From the NCBI GenBank assembly GCA_012837435.1, contig DURD01000007.1, forward strand, positions 11,445 to 75,444: 64,000 nucleotides of DNA. Direction: 5' to 3'. This DNA comes from Erysipelotrichaceae bacterium (GTDB lineage: Bacteria > Bacillota_I > Bacilli_A > RFN20 > CAG-826). The notes below the pieces were generated by a model. It was not told where the DNA came from. It was given only the letters and a program-made list of their open reading frames with translations, and did not search any database. Positions 51,885-61,658 of the stretch are shown here, one piece after another. Within the stretch, counting starts at the first letter, position 1; the number at the start of each line of letters is the position of its first letter. The translations under genes and the position numbers were made by a program.

Positions 51885-52961
51885 CTATTTCTTATCTCTT
51901 CTTAAAAAGAATTCTTTACCGATATTAAATACGATTTTAACTAAAGTGTCTCTTTCTTTTTTAGGAGTTTCTTTCCAACAACTTCTAAGTAGAGAGAAGC
52001 GGTGTCTAATAAAGGAAATAATCTCATTTTCTTTTGGTAGAACCTCGATGTCTAGTTTTTCTAATAGAGCGAATAATGCATCGACAAAAGCTCGTTTGTT
52101 GTTGTTGTCGTAATTTAAAAAAGCTTCGTTGATTCCTTCTACAATCCTTGTGGAGCGCTCCGAATATTGTTCTTCACGAATAAAAGAACCGTCGTTGATT
52201 AGCCAAGTAAATAAATCGTGTTGCATCAAAAGAGACTTACTAGAAGCCACAATAATCTTTTCCTTATCAATGACCATCAAACGGCCAATGATCGATTCTG
52301 CGGGAGCATAAGCGTGAATCAAAGGGGAAATCTTCTTATATTCTTCATCGTAAAAATTTGGTGAATAGTTAGGAGCATCATAAGAATAGATGGCTTTTAA
52401 TTTATGTGGTTTTTTAAAATTTTTAGCGGCGGTAATCGCTAGGCGTCCCCCTTTAGAATGACCCCCAAAGATAAAGGGGCGAAAGAAGAATTTTTTAGCG
52501 ATGGCATTCGCGTACTTAATAGCTTCTATCTCCGAAGGAACGATATCTAAATACGCCATATCAAAATCTTCTTTCCAGCCGGTGAGAGTGCCGTCTGTCC
52601 CTCCAAAAGATAGATAGACAAATTCAGGTAAAATAATGGTAATAGCTTGAAATTGTTTAGAATCGGCCTTGCTTTTAACTTTTGAATAATAAGCAAATTT
52701 TGCCTTTTTATAGCGCAGGCTATTCGTCACTATTTTTAACACTTTTAAATAGTTAATCTGTCTTTCACCAGCGTCCACGGGGAGAAGGTAGGTATCGAGT
52801 AAAGCCGCGAGTTGCTTGGTATTAAGGACGTCTTTTTTCGTTTTTAACCCATTGAAAGGAAAATAAGAAACGGCCGTTAGAACTAAAGCATCAATTTCAT
52901 TGAATGATTCTTCTTTAAATGTAAACTTTTGATATTCCAATAAGTAATCGATAACATTCAT
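51885..52961 (-). CDS. DUF2974 (Mbeg1-like) alpha/beta hydrolase
   Basis: FNEIDALVL, QFQAIT, GTDGTLTGWKEDF, GHSKGG, QHDLFTW. Confidence 0.87.
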   Translation of the reverse strand: MNVIDYLLEYQKFTFKEESFNEIDALVLTAVSYFPFNGLKTKKDVLNTKQLAALLDTYLLPVDAGERQINYLKVLKIVTNSLRYKKAKFAYYSKVKSKADSKQFQAITIILPEFVYLSFGGTDGTLTGWKEDFDMAYLDIVPSEIEAIKYANAIAKKFFFRPFIFGGHSKGGRLAITAAKNFKKPHKLKAIYSYDAPNYSPNFYDEEYKKISPLIHAYAPAESIIGRLMVIDKEKIIVASSKSLLMQHDLFTWLINDGSFIREEQYSERSTRIVEGINEAFLNYDNNNKRAFVDALFALLEKLDIEVLPKENEIISFIRHRFSLLRSCWKETPKKERDTLVKIVFNIGKEFFLRRDKK

Positions 52962-53040
52962 GTTTTAATGTTATCATTTTTCAAAATATTTACACAAACA
53001 ATCTTAAACTATTATAAAATAATAAGAGTGAGGAAATGAA

Positions 53041-53904
53041 ATGATTAAAGGTTGGTTAGTGGTCAATACTTTTCTGAACTTAGAAAAATTCCAGCGTGTT
53101 TATCAAATGCTCGAAATCTCTTTTAGAAAATGGGGTATCGTTTTATCGACTAAAAAAGCGGAAGACATTTCCTTAAAAGTGGGGTTTAAACTGATGGATA
53201 AACCAGATTTTATCATCTTTTGGGACAAAGACTTTTATTTAGCCTCTAGCTTAAAAAAACAAGATATTAGGTTGTTCAATAGCCCTAATGCCATTTTATA
53301 TAGTGATAACAAAATATTGATGTATCAAAAACTTAAAGAAAAAAACATCCGAATACCTCGAACATTTGTCGCCCCTAAAACTTTTGAAGGTATCAACTAT
53401 AGTCACCGCGGTTTCTTAGATCAAGTCATCGATGAAATCGGTTTTCCAATCGTGGTTAAAGAGGCTTATGGTTCCTTCGGCGAACAAGTTTATCTCGCTA
53501 AAGATATAGTGGAGTTAAATCGCATTGTCGATGAAATCGGTTATAAGGACTTCTTGTTGCAAGAGTTTATCTCCTCTTCTAGAGGAAGAGATATTAGAAT
53601 CAACGTCGTGGGGAACAAAGCCATCGTCAGTATGTTAAGAGAAAACAACAATGATTTTAGAAGCAACATCTCTTCTGGTGGCAAAGGTTCTTTTTATAAA
53701 CCTCAGAAAAAATATATCGATTTAGCTATTAAAGCCACGAAAGCCTTAAAGCTAGATTTCGCGGGTGTTGATCTTTTGTTTGGCGAAAATGATGAACCGA
53801 TCGTTTGCGAAGTGAATTCTAATCCCCAGTTCGTTTCTACTTTGCAAGTAACTGGCATCAATCTCGCGGATTATATCGCTGCCTATATCGTTAAATCATT
53901 ATGA
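53041..53904 (+). CDS. RimK-family ATP-grasp ligase
   Basis: FPIVVKEAYGSFGEQV, LQEFI, DIR, FRSN, FAGVD, EVNSNP. Confidence 0.88.
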   Translation: MIKGWLVVNTFLNLEKFQRVYQMLEISFRKWGIVLSTKKAEDISLKVGFKLMDKPDFIIFWDKDFYLASSLKKQDIRLFNSPNAILYSDNKILMYQKLKEKNIRIPRTFVAPKTFEGINYSHRGFLDQVIDEIGFPIVVKEAYGSFGEQVYLAKDIVELNRIVDEIGYKDFLLQEFISSSRGRDIRINVVGNKAIVSMLRENNNDFRSNISSGGKGSFYKPQKKYIDLAIKATKALKLDFAGVDLLFGENDEPIVCEVNSNPQFVSTLQVTGINLADYIAAYIVKSL

Positions 53905-54695
53905 AAAAGGGAATAATTATCTATCGAAAAGACGATAGTCTAAAAAACGATTTTTTTATCAATAAATGCCTTTCGCAACTAAATGATAGTCATTTTCAAC
54001 TGCAATTCGTCGTCGAAGATGATGTCGCTCTCTATTTAAAAAATCAGTACGTGGATTTTGCTATTTATCGCGGAAGAGACTATCGAACTATCGAGAAATT
54101 AAACCATTTAGGCCTCAAGGTTTTTAATAACTCTTTAACCAATAAAATAGCTAACAACAAATATTTGACCTATCAACTATTTAACGAATTAAATTTACCT
54201 TGCATCACTACCTATTTAGATTCCGAGTCGCTTTCCTTCCCTTACATCATGAAAAGCGTCGATGGACACGGGGGACAAGAAGTATTTTTGATCGATAAAC
54301 TCGATAAAAAACAACTAATTTTAGCTAAATACCCTCATAAAACCTTTATTTATCAACCATTTACCAGCAATACGGGGGATGTGAGATTATATCTATTAAA
54401 TAAAAAGTTCGTCAAAGCCGTCAAAAGAGAAAACCAAAATGATTTCCGAAATAATTACTCTTTAGGAGGTCAAGCTTCTTTATATACCCCTAATTCTCAA
54501 ATCATCGAACAAGCGGAATGGCTCGCCCGATATTTAGAGGCCGATTATATTGGAATAGATTTATTGCTAACGGAAGAAAGCTATGCCTTTAATGAAATAG
54601 AAGATCCCGTGGGCTCGAGGATGCTCTATGAAATTAGCGACATCGATATCATCGCTCTATATATTACTCATATCAAAAAACAATTAGAACAATAA
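53901..54695 (+). CDS. Second RimK-like ATP-grasp protein
   Basis: FPYIMKSVDGHGGQEV, GDVR, DFRNNYSLGG, YIGID, NEIED. Confidence 0.85.
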   Translation: MKKGIIIYRKDDSLKNDFFINKCLSQLNDSHFQLQFVVEDDVALYLKNQYVDFAIYRGRDYRTIEKLNHLGLKVFNNSLTNKIANNKYLTYQLFNELNLPCITTYLDSESLSFPYIMKSVDGHGGQEVFLIDKLDKKQLILAKYPHKTFIYQPFTSNTGDVRLYLLNKKFVKAVKRENQNDFRNNYSLGGQASLYTPNSQIIEQAEWLARYLEADYIGIDLLLTEESYAFNEIEDPVGSRMLYEISDIDIIALYITHIKKQLEQ

Positions 54696-55358
54696 GAGCA
54701 CTCCGACTATTTGTAATATCGTAGAAAGTAAGACGAAAATATGGAATAGGGAGTGAAAATTTAAATTTTTACGTCCCAGCACATAAATTAAGGCCCCGAT
54801 AGTATAAGTAATGCCGCCACTTAAAATAAAAGTAAAGGCTAGTAAATCTAGCTCGATAAACCAGGCAAAGAATAAAAGTAACCAACCCATCACTATATAT
54901 AAAAATAAAGAGATTACCCGAATAAAGGGAATATTGAACAAAAGTAGACTAAACAATATTCCGATGAGGGCGAGCGCCCATTCCATAATGATGATGATGA
55001 GACCGGCTGCCATTCCTTTATCGATTAAATGGAAACATATCGGAGTGTAAGTTCCAGCGATTAACAAATATATCACCGCATGATCGAGGAGACGAAATAT
55101 TTTTTTATTGAATGTTTTTGGATCAAGGTAGTGGTAAATTGCTGAAAAACTATAGACAATGACTATCGTTAAAGCAAAAATTAATAAACCGGTAAAAGAC
55201 AGTAAGGAAATCGAATTTATTGAGAATTTATAAATAGCAAAAAAGATCACAACTAAAGATAAGGGTAAGCCCAGTAGATGGCTTAAGCTATTGAACAGTT
55301 CCTGTTTTTTGCTATAAGGAGGGATTTTAATTTTTGATACCGCATCGTCGTAAGACAT
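54684..55358 (-). CDS. Hemolysin III / PAQR family membrane protein
   Basis: ELFNSLSH, SAIYH, LDHAVIYLLIAGTYTP, HSLFHIFV; about 7 TM helices. Confidence 0.92.
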   Translation of the reverse strand: MSYDDAVSKIKIPPYSKKQELFNSLSHLLGLPLSLVVIFFAIYKFSINSISLLSFTGLLIFALTIVIVYSFSAIYHYLDPKTFNKKIFRLLDHAVIYLLIAGTYTPICFHLIDKGMAAGLIIIIMEWALALIGILFSLLLFNIPFIRVISLFLYIVMGWLLLFFAWFIELDLLAFTFILSGGITYTIGALIYVLGRKNLNFHSLFHIFVLLSTILQIVGVLLLF

Positions 55359-55643
55359 AATTTAACTTCCTACTCAATTTATCGTAAAAAAAGTTAACCG
55401 CTCTGTCAGTAAACGATGTATTGATTTTTATCTACTATTATTTTTTAAAGGTCTACTCGTTATTTTTCTAGCGATAGAATATTAAAGAGTTTTCTTTGTA
55501 GAAAACTAATTAAAATTAATCTCCGATTAGGGTTTAATTTTTTATCACGAATTTAATCTAAAACAAAATCTAAGCACAAATAAGAGACCTAATCTCCACT
55601 TTAGTCCTTTTAATTTATCGAATGAAATATTAATATATTTAAC

Positions 55644-56165
55644 ATGAAAAGAATTTTAGTCATCGGTTGTCCTGGCGCAGGAAAAACATATTTTTCGAAG
55701 AAATTAGGACAATTATTAAATTATCCTGTTGTTCATATGGACTGGCTTTATTGGAGAGAAGATAAAACCACCGTTAGCCGCGAACAACTGTTAGAAAAAA
55801 TGCTTCCATATCTGAAGGAAGATCAATGGATTATCGATGGCAATTATCATCACACTTTAAGTGTTAGATTAGAATACGCGACTGACGTATATTTTTTAAA
55901 GTTATCTCATGAAGAGTGTGTCCAAGGCATTCTTGAAAGAATCGATAAAAAAAGAGACGACATCCCGTGGGTAGAAACCAAAGAAGATGCCGAAAAATTA
56001 ATCGAATGGATAAAAACTTACGAAGAGAGAACTAGGGCGGAAGAAGAAGCTTTACTAGAGCAATATCAACATGTTAAAGTCCACGTTTTATCAAGTAGAA
56101 AAGAAGTTAATGATTATTTGAATAATCTATTAAAAAAACAAGCTCTAGAACTTAAGCTTGTTTAG
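55644..56165 (+). CDS. Adenylate kinase-like P-loop protein (FlaR/topology modulation family)
   Basis: RILVIGCPGAGKT, HMDWLYW, WIIDGNY. Confidence 0.85.
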   Translation: MKRILVIGCPGAGKTYFSKKLGQLLNYPVVHMDWLYWREDKTTVSREQLLEKMLPYLKEDQWIIDGNYHHTLSVRLEYATDVYFLKLSHEECVQGILERIDKKRDDIPWVETKEDAEKLIEWIKTYEERTRAEEEALLEQYQHVKVHVLSSRKEVNDYLNNLLKKQALELKLV

Positions 56166-57243
56166 TTGTTTTTTGTTTTTTGGTCTTTCGTTTTTCGGCG
56201 CGCATCTCATTATCGGCAACATCGAGAACAGAATCGAGATTGAATGATTCGTCGACTTTAATGATATTCATACCGAGCGATATCGAGGTTCTAAATTCTG
56301 GGTTTTCAGAAAAAGTTAGTTCTTCAACCGCGCGACTATAATAATCAGCGTAGTTTCTTAACTGTTTTTTGCTCACGTTTTCGAAACAGACGACAAACTC
56401 ATCTCCACCCCAACGGCAGACAAAAGCTTCGCTAACTCTCGATAAAACTTCGGCGACTCGACAAAGCACGGTGTTGCCAAATATATGACCGTAATCGTCG
56501 TTGACATTTTTAAAATCATCAATGTCAATAAAAAAACAACCGAAAAAAGAACCCTTGCATCTATTACACTTGGTCATTTCTCCGATGTATTTTATTAAAT
56601 ATCGTTGATTAGCTACATTAGTCAGAGAATCGTGTAACAACGAATATTCTAATTGCTCATTAACTCTTTTATTGATTCGTGCATACAAATAACGAATTAT
56701 TTCCGCGATAGCACCGAAAAGAGTGCAGACCAAATAAAGCAATGAAAAATTTAGTCTGACATCTAAAATGGCTTGCAATGCCTCAGGATTGCTAGCGAAA
56801 ACATAATTTGCGACTGGCGTCCAGTAAATAATCAGGATGGCAACCGCTACAATGAAGGAACCAATCGCCCCCTTTATCAAACCGAAAAAGATAAAAGAAA
56901 AAGAAGGCAACAGTAAGATCCAATAGATAAAAACTTGTCTAGGTCCATTGACCATAAGAAGAAAAACACATAGTGCACTATAACAAACAATGAAAGAATA
57001 ACGAACGATAAGACGATATTTTTTTAGAAAAATACCCAATAAAATAATAAGAATAAAAAGTGCACAAAAACAAAGAACGCCGATGACATACGTATATTCT
57101 CCATAAAAAAATCTAATAAGGCTCGAAACAAGTAAAATTAATAGAATACTTCCAGAATTAAAGAACAGGAAAACATTTTTTCTATACTCATCGTCAATTA
57201 ATCTTTCAATGTACTTTTTAAAAAAATCCCTTCTTGTTTTCAT
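56152..57243 (-). CDS. Membrane diguanylate cyclase (GGDEF)
   Basis: Five to six TM helices, DSLT, DIDDFKNVNDDYGHIFG, RWGGDEF. Confidence 0.92.
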   Translation of the reverse strand: MKTRRDFFKKYIERLIDDEYRKNVFLFFNSGSILLILLVSSLIRFFYGEYTYVIGVLCFCALFILIILLGIFLKKYRLIVRYSFIVCYSALCVFLLMVNGPRQVFIYWILLLPSFSFIFFGLIKGAIGSFIVAVAILIIYWTPVANYVFASNPEALQAILDVRLNFSLLYLVCTLFGAIAEIIRYLYARINKRVNEQLEYSLLHDSLTNVANQRYLIKYIGEMTKCNRCKGSFFGCFFIDIDDFKNVNDDYGHIFGNTVLCRVAEVLSRVSEAFVCRWGGDEFVVCFENVSKKQLRNYADYYSRAVEELTFSENPEFRTSISLGMNIIKVDESFNLDSVLDVADNEMRAEKRKTKKQKTTKQA

Positions 57244-57340
57244 CGCGCCATTAATTTTACAAATTTTACGCTCAATTATCAACAATATTCTACTGAACTA
57301 GAATATTCCAGCAGGTTTTTTGACTAATTTGTATTTTTGT

Positions 57341-57369
57341 CTTGTGTCAAAAGGTAAATGTTTTATAAT
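57341..57369 (+). promoter_or_regulatory. Sigma-A promoter of the ECF S-component gene
   Basis: TTGTGT, 17 bp, TATAAT. Confidence 0.6.
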
Positions 57370-57411
57370 GATTTTGCTCGTGGGACCTTTTTGGCCTATA
57401 GGGAGAAAATC

Positions 57412-57993
57412 ATGTTTCAAAAGTTGACCACCAAAAAAATTGCTGTTACTGGTATATTATTAGCCCTTGAAATTATTTTTCAAATCATCGGCAACTACTT
57501 ACAAATTGGTCCAGTTAATATCAATTTATCATTAGTGACTGTGGCTTTGGCGGCTGTTATTTGTGGACCCATATCTGGTGCGATATTGGGTTTTTTTAAT
57601 GGGGTTGTAGTTTTGTTTTCGCCTTCAACCATCGCCATTTTCATGCCGATTAGTGTAGGCGGAACGATTTTGACCTGTTTAAGTAAATGTACTATCGCTG
57701 GCTTTTTAGCTGGTTTATTTTTTGAATTACTGCGAAAAATAAATCGAACAACGGCTTTGATTGGTGCCAGTTTGTTGGTTCCCATGATTAATACGGCTTT
57801 CTTCATCGTCTACAGTTTGATATTTTTTAGACCATTTTTAGAAAGTGGCGTTGGCGATACTTATCCTAACGCTAGTGCTTATTTAATATTAGGGGTGGTC
57901 GCTTATAATTTCATCTTTGAATTACTAGCGTGTACAATTTTAACACCTCTTATTGGAAACGTTCTCTTGTCGCGAGAACAAAAACATATTTAA
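57412..57993 (+). CDS. ECF transporter S component
   Basis: TKKIAVTGILLAL start, GPISGAILG, six hydrophobic helices; SD AGGGAG. Confidence 0.82.
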   Translation: MFQKLTTKKIAVTGILLALEIIFQIIGNYLQIGPVNINLSLVTVALAAVICGPISGAILGFFNGVVVLFSPSTIAIFMPISVGGTILTCLSKCTIAGFLAGLFFELLRKINRTTALIGASLLVPMINTAFFIVYSLIFFRPFLESGVGDTYPNASAYLILGVVAYNFIFELLACTILTPLIGNVLLSREQKHI

Positions 57994-58042
57994 TCACGTA
58001 CATAACTTTGATTTTTAAAGAAGAAAAAGCTATCATTTTATT

Positions 58043-59284
58043 ATGGAAAAACCTCTAGCGGATTGCATCCGACCACAGAAACTCGAAGAGATGGTCGGCC
58101 AGCATCACCTTTTGGATGAAGGGACGATTTTTAGAAAGAATTTTGAATCTAAGCGTGTTAGAAATATGGTGTTTTATGGACCTCCTGGAGTGGGAAAGAC
58201 TACCGTTGCTAATATCATCGCGGAAAATTCCGGCTTATCGCTTTTTAAATTAAACGGCACCAGCGCTTCGATTGACGATATTAAAAATGTCATTAAAGAA
58301 ACTGATAGTATTTTCAATACTAATGGCGTTTTATTGTATCTCGACGAAATCCAATATCTAAATAAAAAACAACAACAATCCCTCTTAGAATTCGTTGAAT
58401 CTGGCGAGATTACTCTCATCGCTTCGACGACCGAAAATCCCTATTTTTATATCTATCCCGCTTTATTATCTCGTTGTCTAGTTTTTGAATTTAAAGCCTT
58501 ATCCATCGATGACATTAAAGAAGGTCTACTAAGAGCGGCTAACCGCATTGCGGTTAAATTATCCGATGAAGCCTTGCACAAATTAGCGCTCTCGAGCAAC
58601 GGAGACATGCGCAAGGCCTTGAATAATCTAGATTTTCTTACCGTTTCAGTAGAAAAAGATAAAATTATTGGTATTGAAGAAGTTAATGAGCTCATCGATA
58701 AAGCCCATATCGCTTATGATCGCAGCGAAGATAAACATTTTGATCATCTCAGCGCTTTTATGAAATCATTAAGAGGTAGCGATCCCGATGCCGCCATTTT
58801 TTACTTAGCTAAACTATTAAAAGGTGGAGATATCATCGCCGCTAGCCGAAGATTACTCTGTGCAGTTAGTGAAGATGTAGGTTTAGCCTATCCGCAGCTC
58901 ATACCCCTTGTAAAATCCTGTGTCGATAGTGCGCTTCAGCTCGGACTACCCGAAGCGCGTTTACCATTAGCTAACGCCGCATTACTAATCGCCTTAGCTC
59001 CGAAGAGCAACTCCGCTTATCTAGCGATTGATGAAGCTATGAAAGATATCGATCTCGGTAGAGGAATTAATGTTCCTAGATCGTTGCAAAATACCCATTT
59101 TGATGGAGAAGATGCGACGATAAAAGGACAAAATTATCTTTATCCTCACGATTATAAAAACCATTATGTCAAACAACAATACTTACCCGATGATTTAAAA
59201 AATATTAAATACTATGTACCGCAAGATAATAAGAACGAACAAGCGTTTAAAGAGTATTGGAAAAAAATTAAGAAAAACGATTAA
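58043..59284 (+). CDS. rarA: Replication-associated recombination protein A
   Basis: PLA...RP, GQHHL, GPPGVGKTT, STTENP, SAFMKSLRGSDPDAA, SEDVGLA. Confidence 0.95.
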   Translation: MEKPLADCIRPQKLEEMVGQHHLLDEGTIFRKNFESKRVRNMVFYGPPGVGKTTVANIIAENSGLSLFKLNGTSASIDDIKNVIKETDSIFNTNGVLLYLDEIQYLNKKQQQSLLEFVESGEITLIASTTENPYFYIYPALLSRCLVFEFKALSIDDIKEGLLRAANRIAVKLSDEALHKLALSSNGDMRKALNNLDFLTVSVEKDKIIGIEEVNELIDKAHIAYDRSEDKHFDHLSAFMKSLRGSDPDAAIFYLAKLLKGGDIIAASRRLLCAVSEDVGLAYPQLIPLVKSCVDSALQLGLPEARLPLANAALLIALAPKSNSAYLAIDEAMKDIDLGRGINVPRSLQNTHFDGEDATIKGQNYLYPHDYKNHYVKQQYLPDDLKNIKYYVPQDNKNEQAFKEYWKKIKKND

Positions 59285-59329
59285 CTTTGTTATATATACT
59301 AAATAAATACTAGAAAAGAACTATTTAAT

Positions 59330-60244
59330 ATGGATTCATTAAAAACATTGATGGATAAAAAAGAATACGATTTAGTGATAAAGCTCACAGAAAAGAGCGA
59401 GGATTCGATTTCGATTTTTTATCGAATTAGCGCTCTAATTGCTACTAATCACGCCCTCGAGGCTTTAAAAATCATTAAACAAAAAAGAAAAGTTTTACAA
59501 AGCCGCCTCTCTCTTTTGGTGAAGGTTCATATCGAACTATTGTGCTTATTGAAAAAATTTGATGAAGCTTATGAAGAATTAAATTATTATCGAGAACTTC
59601 CTTATGAAAATCAAGAGACTGAAGAGTTGTTACGAGGAATGGATAAATACATAAGGCACGAAGAAAGAAATCAATATTATAAAAAAGAAGTAGGTCAAGA
59701 AGAAATCAGCCAGAAATTATTATCGAGCGATGATGATAGTGTCTTACTGGCTCTTGATCAAATTCGTTCTCTACCTTTAGAACCATATATAATGCCTTTG
59801 TCTCGTATTTTGATAGACCATCCTCGTCAGGCCATTAGAACCTTGACTCTTCTCCTTCTCGTTTCAAGAAAATACGATAAAGAAGTATCTTTTTTACATA
59901 TCGATCGCCTGATAAAAGTAATTCCTTCGCAGTTAGAAGAACCTTTCTCTATCAGCGGTTTTAAAGATATTAAAGAGCTGTCTTCCGCTTTTCAAGATGC
60001 TTATCGCGATCCGAGTGTCTCGCAAAATGCTTTGCACCTCCTTTCTTCTTATCTAATCTATCTCTATCCTGAAAAAACCTCTCTTACTTTCGAAGAAATC
60101 ATCACGATATTCGGTTATCTAGCTAAAGAAGCTTTAAGGAGTGAAGATTGCGACTTGGAGGCTCTGTGCTCAAAGAGCAATTTAGACTTCGATAGAATCG
60201 AAAAAATTACTTTAAAAATTAAAGAACAACTCAAAAATTTCTAA
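59330..60244 (+). CDS. Hypothetical helical protein
   Basis: 304-aa ORF between rarA and tig; TPR/HEAT-like character, no catalytic motif recognised. Confidence 0.75.
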   Translation: MDSLKTLMDKKEYDLVIKLTEKSEDSISIFYRISALIATNHALEALKIIKQKRKVLQSRLSLLVKVHIELLCLLKKFDEAYEELNYYRELPYENQETEELLRGMDKYIRHEERNQYYKKEVGQEEISQKLLSSDDDSVLLALDQIRSLPLEPYIMPLSRILIDHPRQAIRTLTLLLLVSRKYDKEVSFLHIDRLIKVIPSQLEEPFSISGFKDIKELSSAFQDAYRDPSVSQNALHLLSSYLIYLYPEKTSLTFEEIITIFGYLAKEALRSEDCDLEALCSKSNLDFDRIEKITLKIKEQLKNF

Positions 60245-60350
60245 CTTTTTGAGAAATAAAACTCTTTTTGTAAAGTGTTTGTCTTGTCTTTTATTACGGG
60301 CACGTGATATATTTATACACGCATAAAAATCTGAAAGGACAAAATGTCTC

Positions 60351-61628
60351 ATGGAAAGAAAAGTAACAAAATTACCCAACTGCCACACCGAAGTTATTGT
60401 CGATGTGGACAAAGACCTTTGGAAGAAGGCCCAAGATAAAGCTTTTAACAAAATTGCGAAAAGTATTACTGTTCCGGGTTTCCGCCCGGGAAAAGCTCCC
60501 ATCAGTATGTTAAAAAATCGCGTCGATCAAACCAAAGTTTTTAACGAAGCAATCAATGAGGTTATAGTTCCAGTCTATCAAAACATTCTAGAAGAAGAAC
60601 AAATTCAACCATATGCTAGACCTTCTGTCGATGTAATAAAATTATCAGAGGAAGAACTAGAACTAAAATATGTCATAGTCACCCGTCCAGAAGTGACACT
60701 CGGTCAATATAAAGGTTACGAACTAGGTAAGGAAGAACCCGAAGTTACTGAAGAGGAAATTGATGCTGCGATTGAAGAACTCCGCAGGCAGAATGCCACT
60801 ATCATCATGAAAGAAGGACCCGCGGCTCTCGGCGATATAGTCGTCATCGACTTCGAGGGGAGAATCAATAACGTCCCATTCGAAGGGGGAAAAGCAGAGA
60901 ATTACGAATTAGAACTCGGATCTAACAGTTTCGTCCCCGGATTTGAAGAACAACTCGTGGGGGTAACTCCCGGAACTTCTATCGATGTTAAAATTAAATT
61001 TCCCGATAATTATGGCTCTAAAGAAATCGCGGGTAAAGAGGCTGTATTCCACTGCGAAGTTCACGATGTGAAACAAAAAGCCTTGCCAGGACTTGATGAT
61101 GACTTTATCAAAGATTTAAATTTTCTCGGTGTGACCTCAATTGGACAACTGAGGGATAATCGCCGTGCGCAATTATTAAAACAAAAAACTAAAGTGGCCA
61201 AATCGAATTACGTCAATAAATTAATCGAAGAAATCAAGAAAGTTTCAACTTTTGACATTCCAACGGAAGTAATCGAGGAAGAAAAAGAAAATCGTGAGAA
61301 ACAACTAGAAAATAAATTAAAACAGTCTGGTCTTGATATCGCTCAATATTTGGACTTAGTCAAGTTAACGGAAGAAGAACTAGACAAACAGTTAGAAGAA
61401 GAAGCGATAAAAGGCTTACAATCATATTTGATCGTCGAGAGCGTAGGGATGAAGGAAGAACTTTCTGTCAGCGAAGAAGAAATTGAATTCGAGCTCGCTA
61501 AGATGGCGGATCAATATCGCATGACTATCGATCAAGTCAAGCAAGCTCTCGGTCAACAAATGGAACATTTCGGTCAAAATTTACTAATGACCAAAATCGA
61601 AGATTTTTTAGTTGAAAATAACCATTAA
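60351..61628 (+). CDS. tig: Trigger factor
   Basis: VPGFRPGKAP, FEGG, FVPGFEEQL. Confidence 0.97.
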   Translation: MERKVTKLPNCHTEVIVDVDKDLWKKAQDKAFNKIAKSITVPGFRPGKAPISMLKNRVDQTKVFNEAINEVIVPVYQNILEEEQIQPYARPSVDVIKLSEEELELKYVIVTRPEVTLGQYKGYELGKEEPEVTEEEIDAAIEELRRQNATIIMKEGPAALGDIVVIDFEGRINNVPFEGGKAENYELELGSNSFVPGFEEQLVGVTPGTSIDVKIKFPDNYGSKEIAGKEAVFHCEVHDVKQKALPGLDDDFIKDLNFLGVTSIGQLRDNRRAQLLKQKTKVAKSNYVNKLIEEIKKVSTFDIPTEVIEEEKENREKQLENKLKQSGLDIAQYLDLVKLTEEELDKQLEEEAIKGLQSYLIVESVGMKEELSVSEEEIEFELAKMADQYRMTIDQVKQALGQQMEHFGQNLLMTKIEDFLVENNH

Positions 61629-61658
61629 TCGTTTATTATTACAAAAAGGAGACCGTTT

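Noticed and set aside
52962..55643. Graspetide (RiPP) cluster around the ATP-grasp pair
   Set aside because: No precursor ORF with repeated core motifs and no transporter; the enzymes look RimK-like.
57370..57411. Vitamin riboswitch ahead of the ECF S component
   Set aside because: The leader between the predicted -10 and the ATG is only about 40 nt and has no aptamer consensus.
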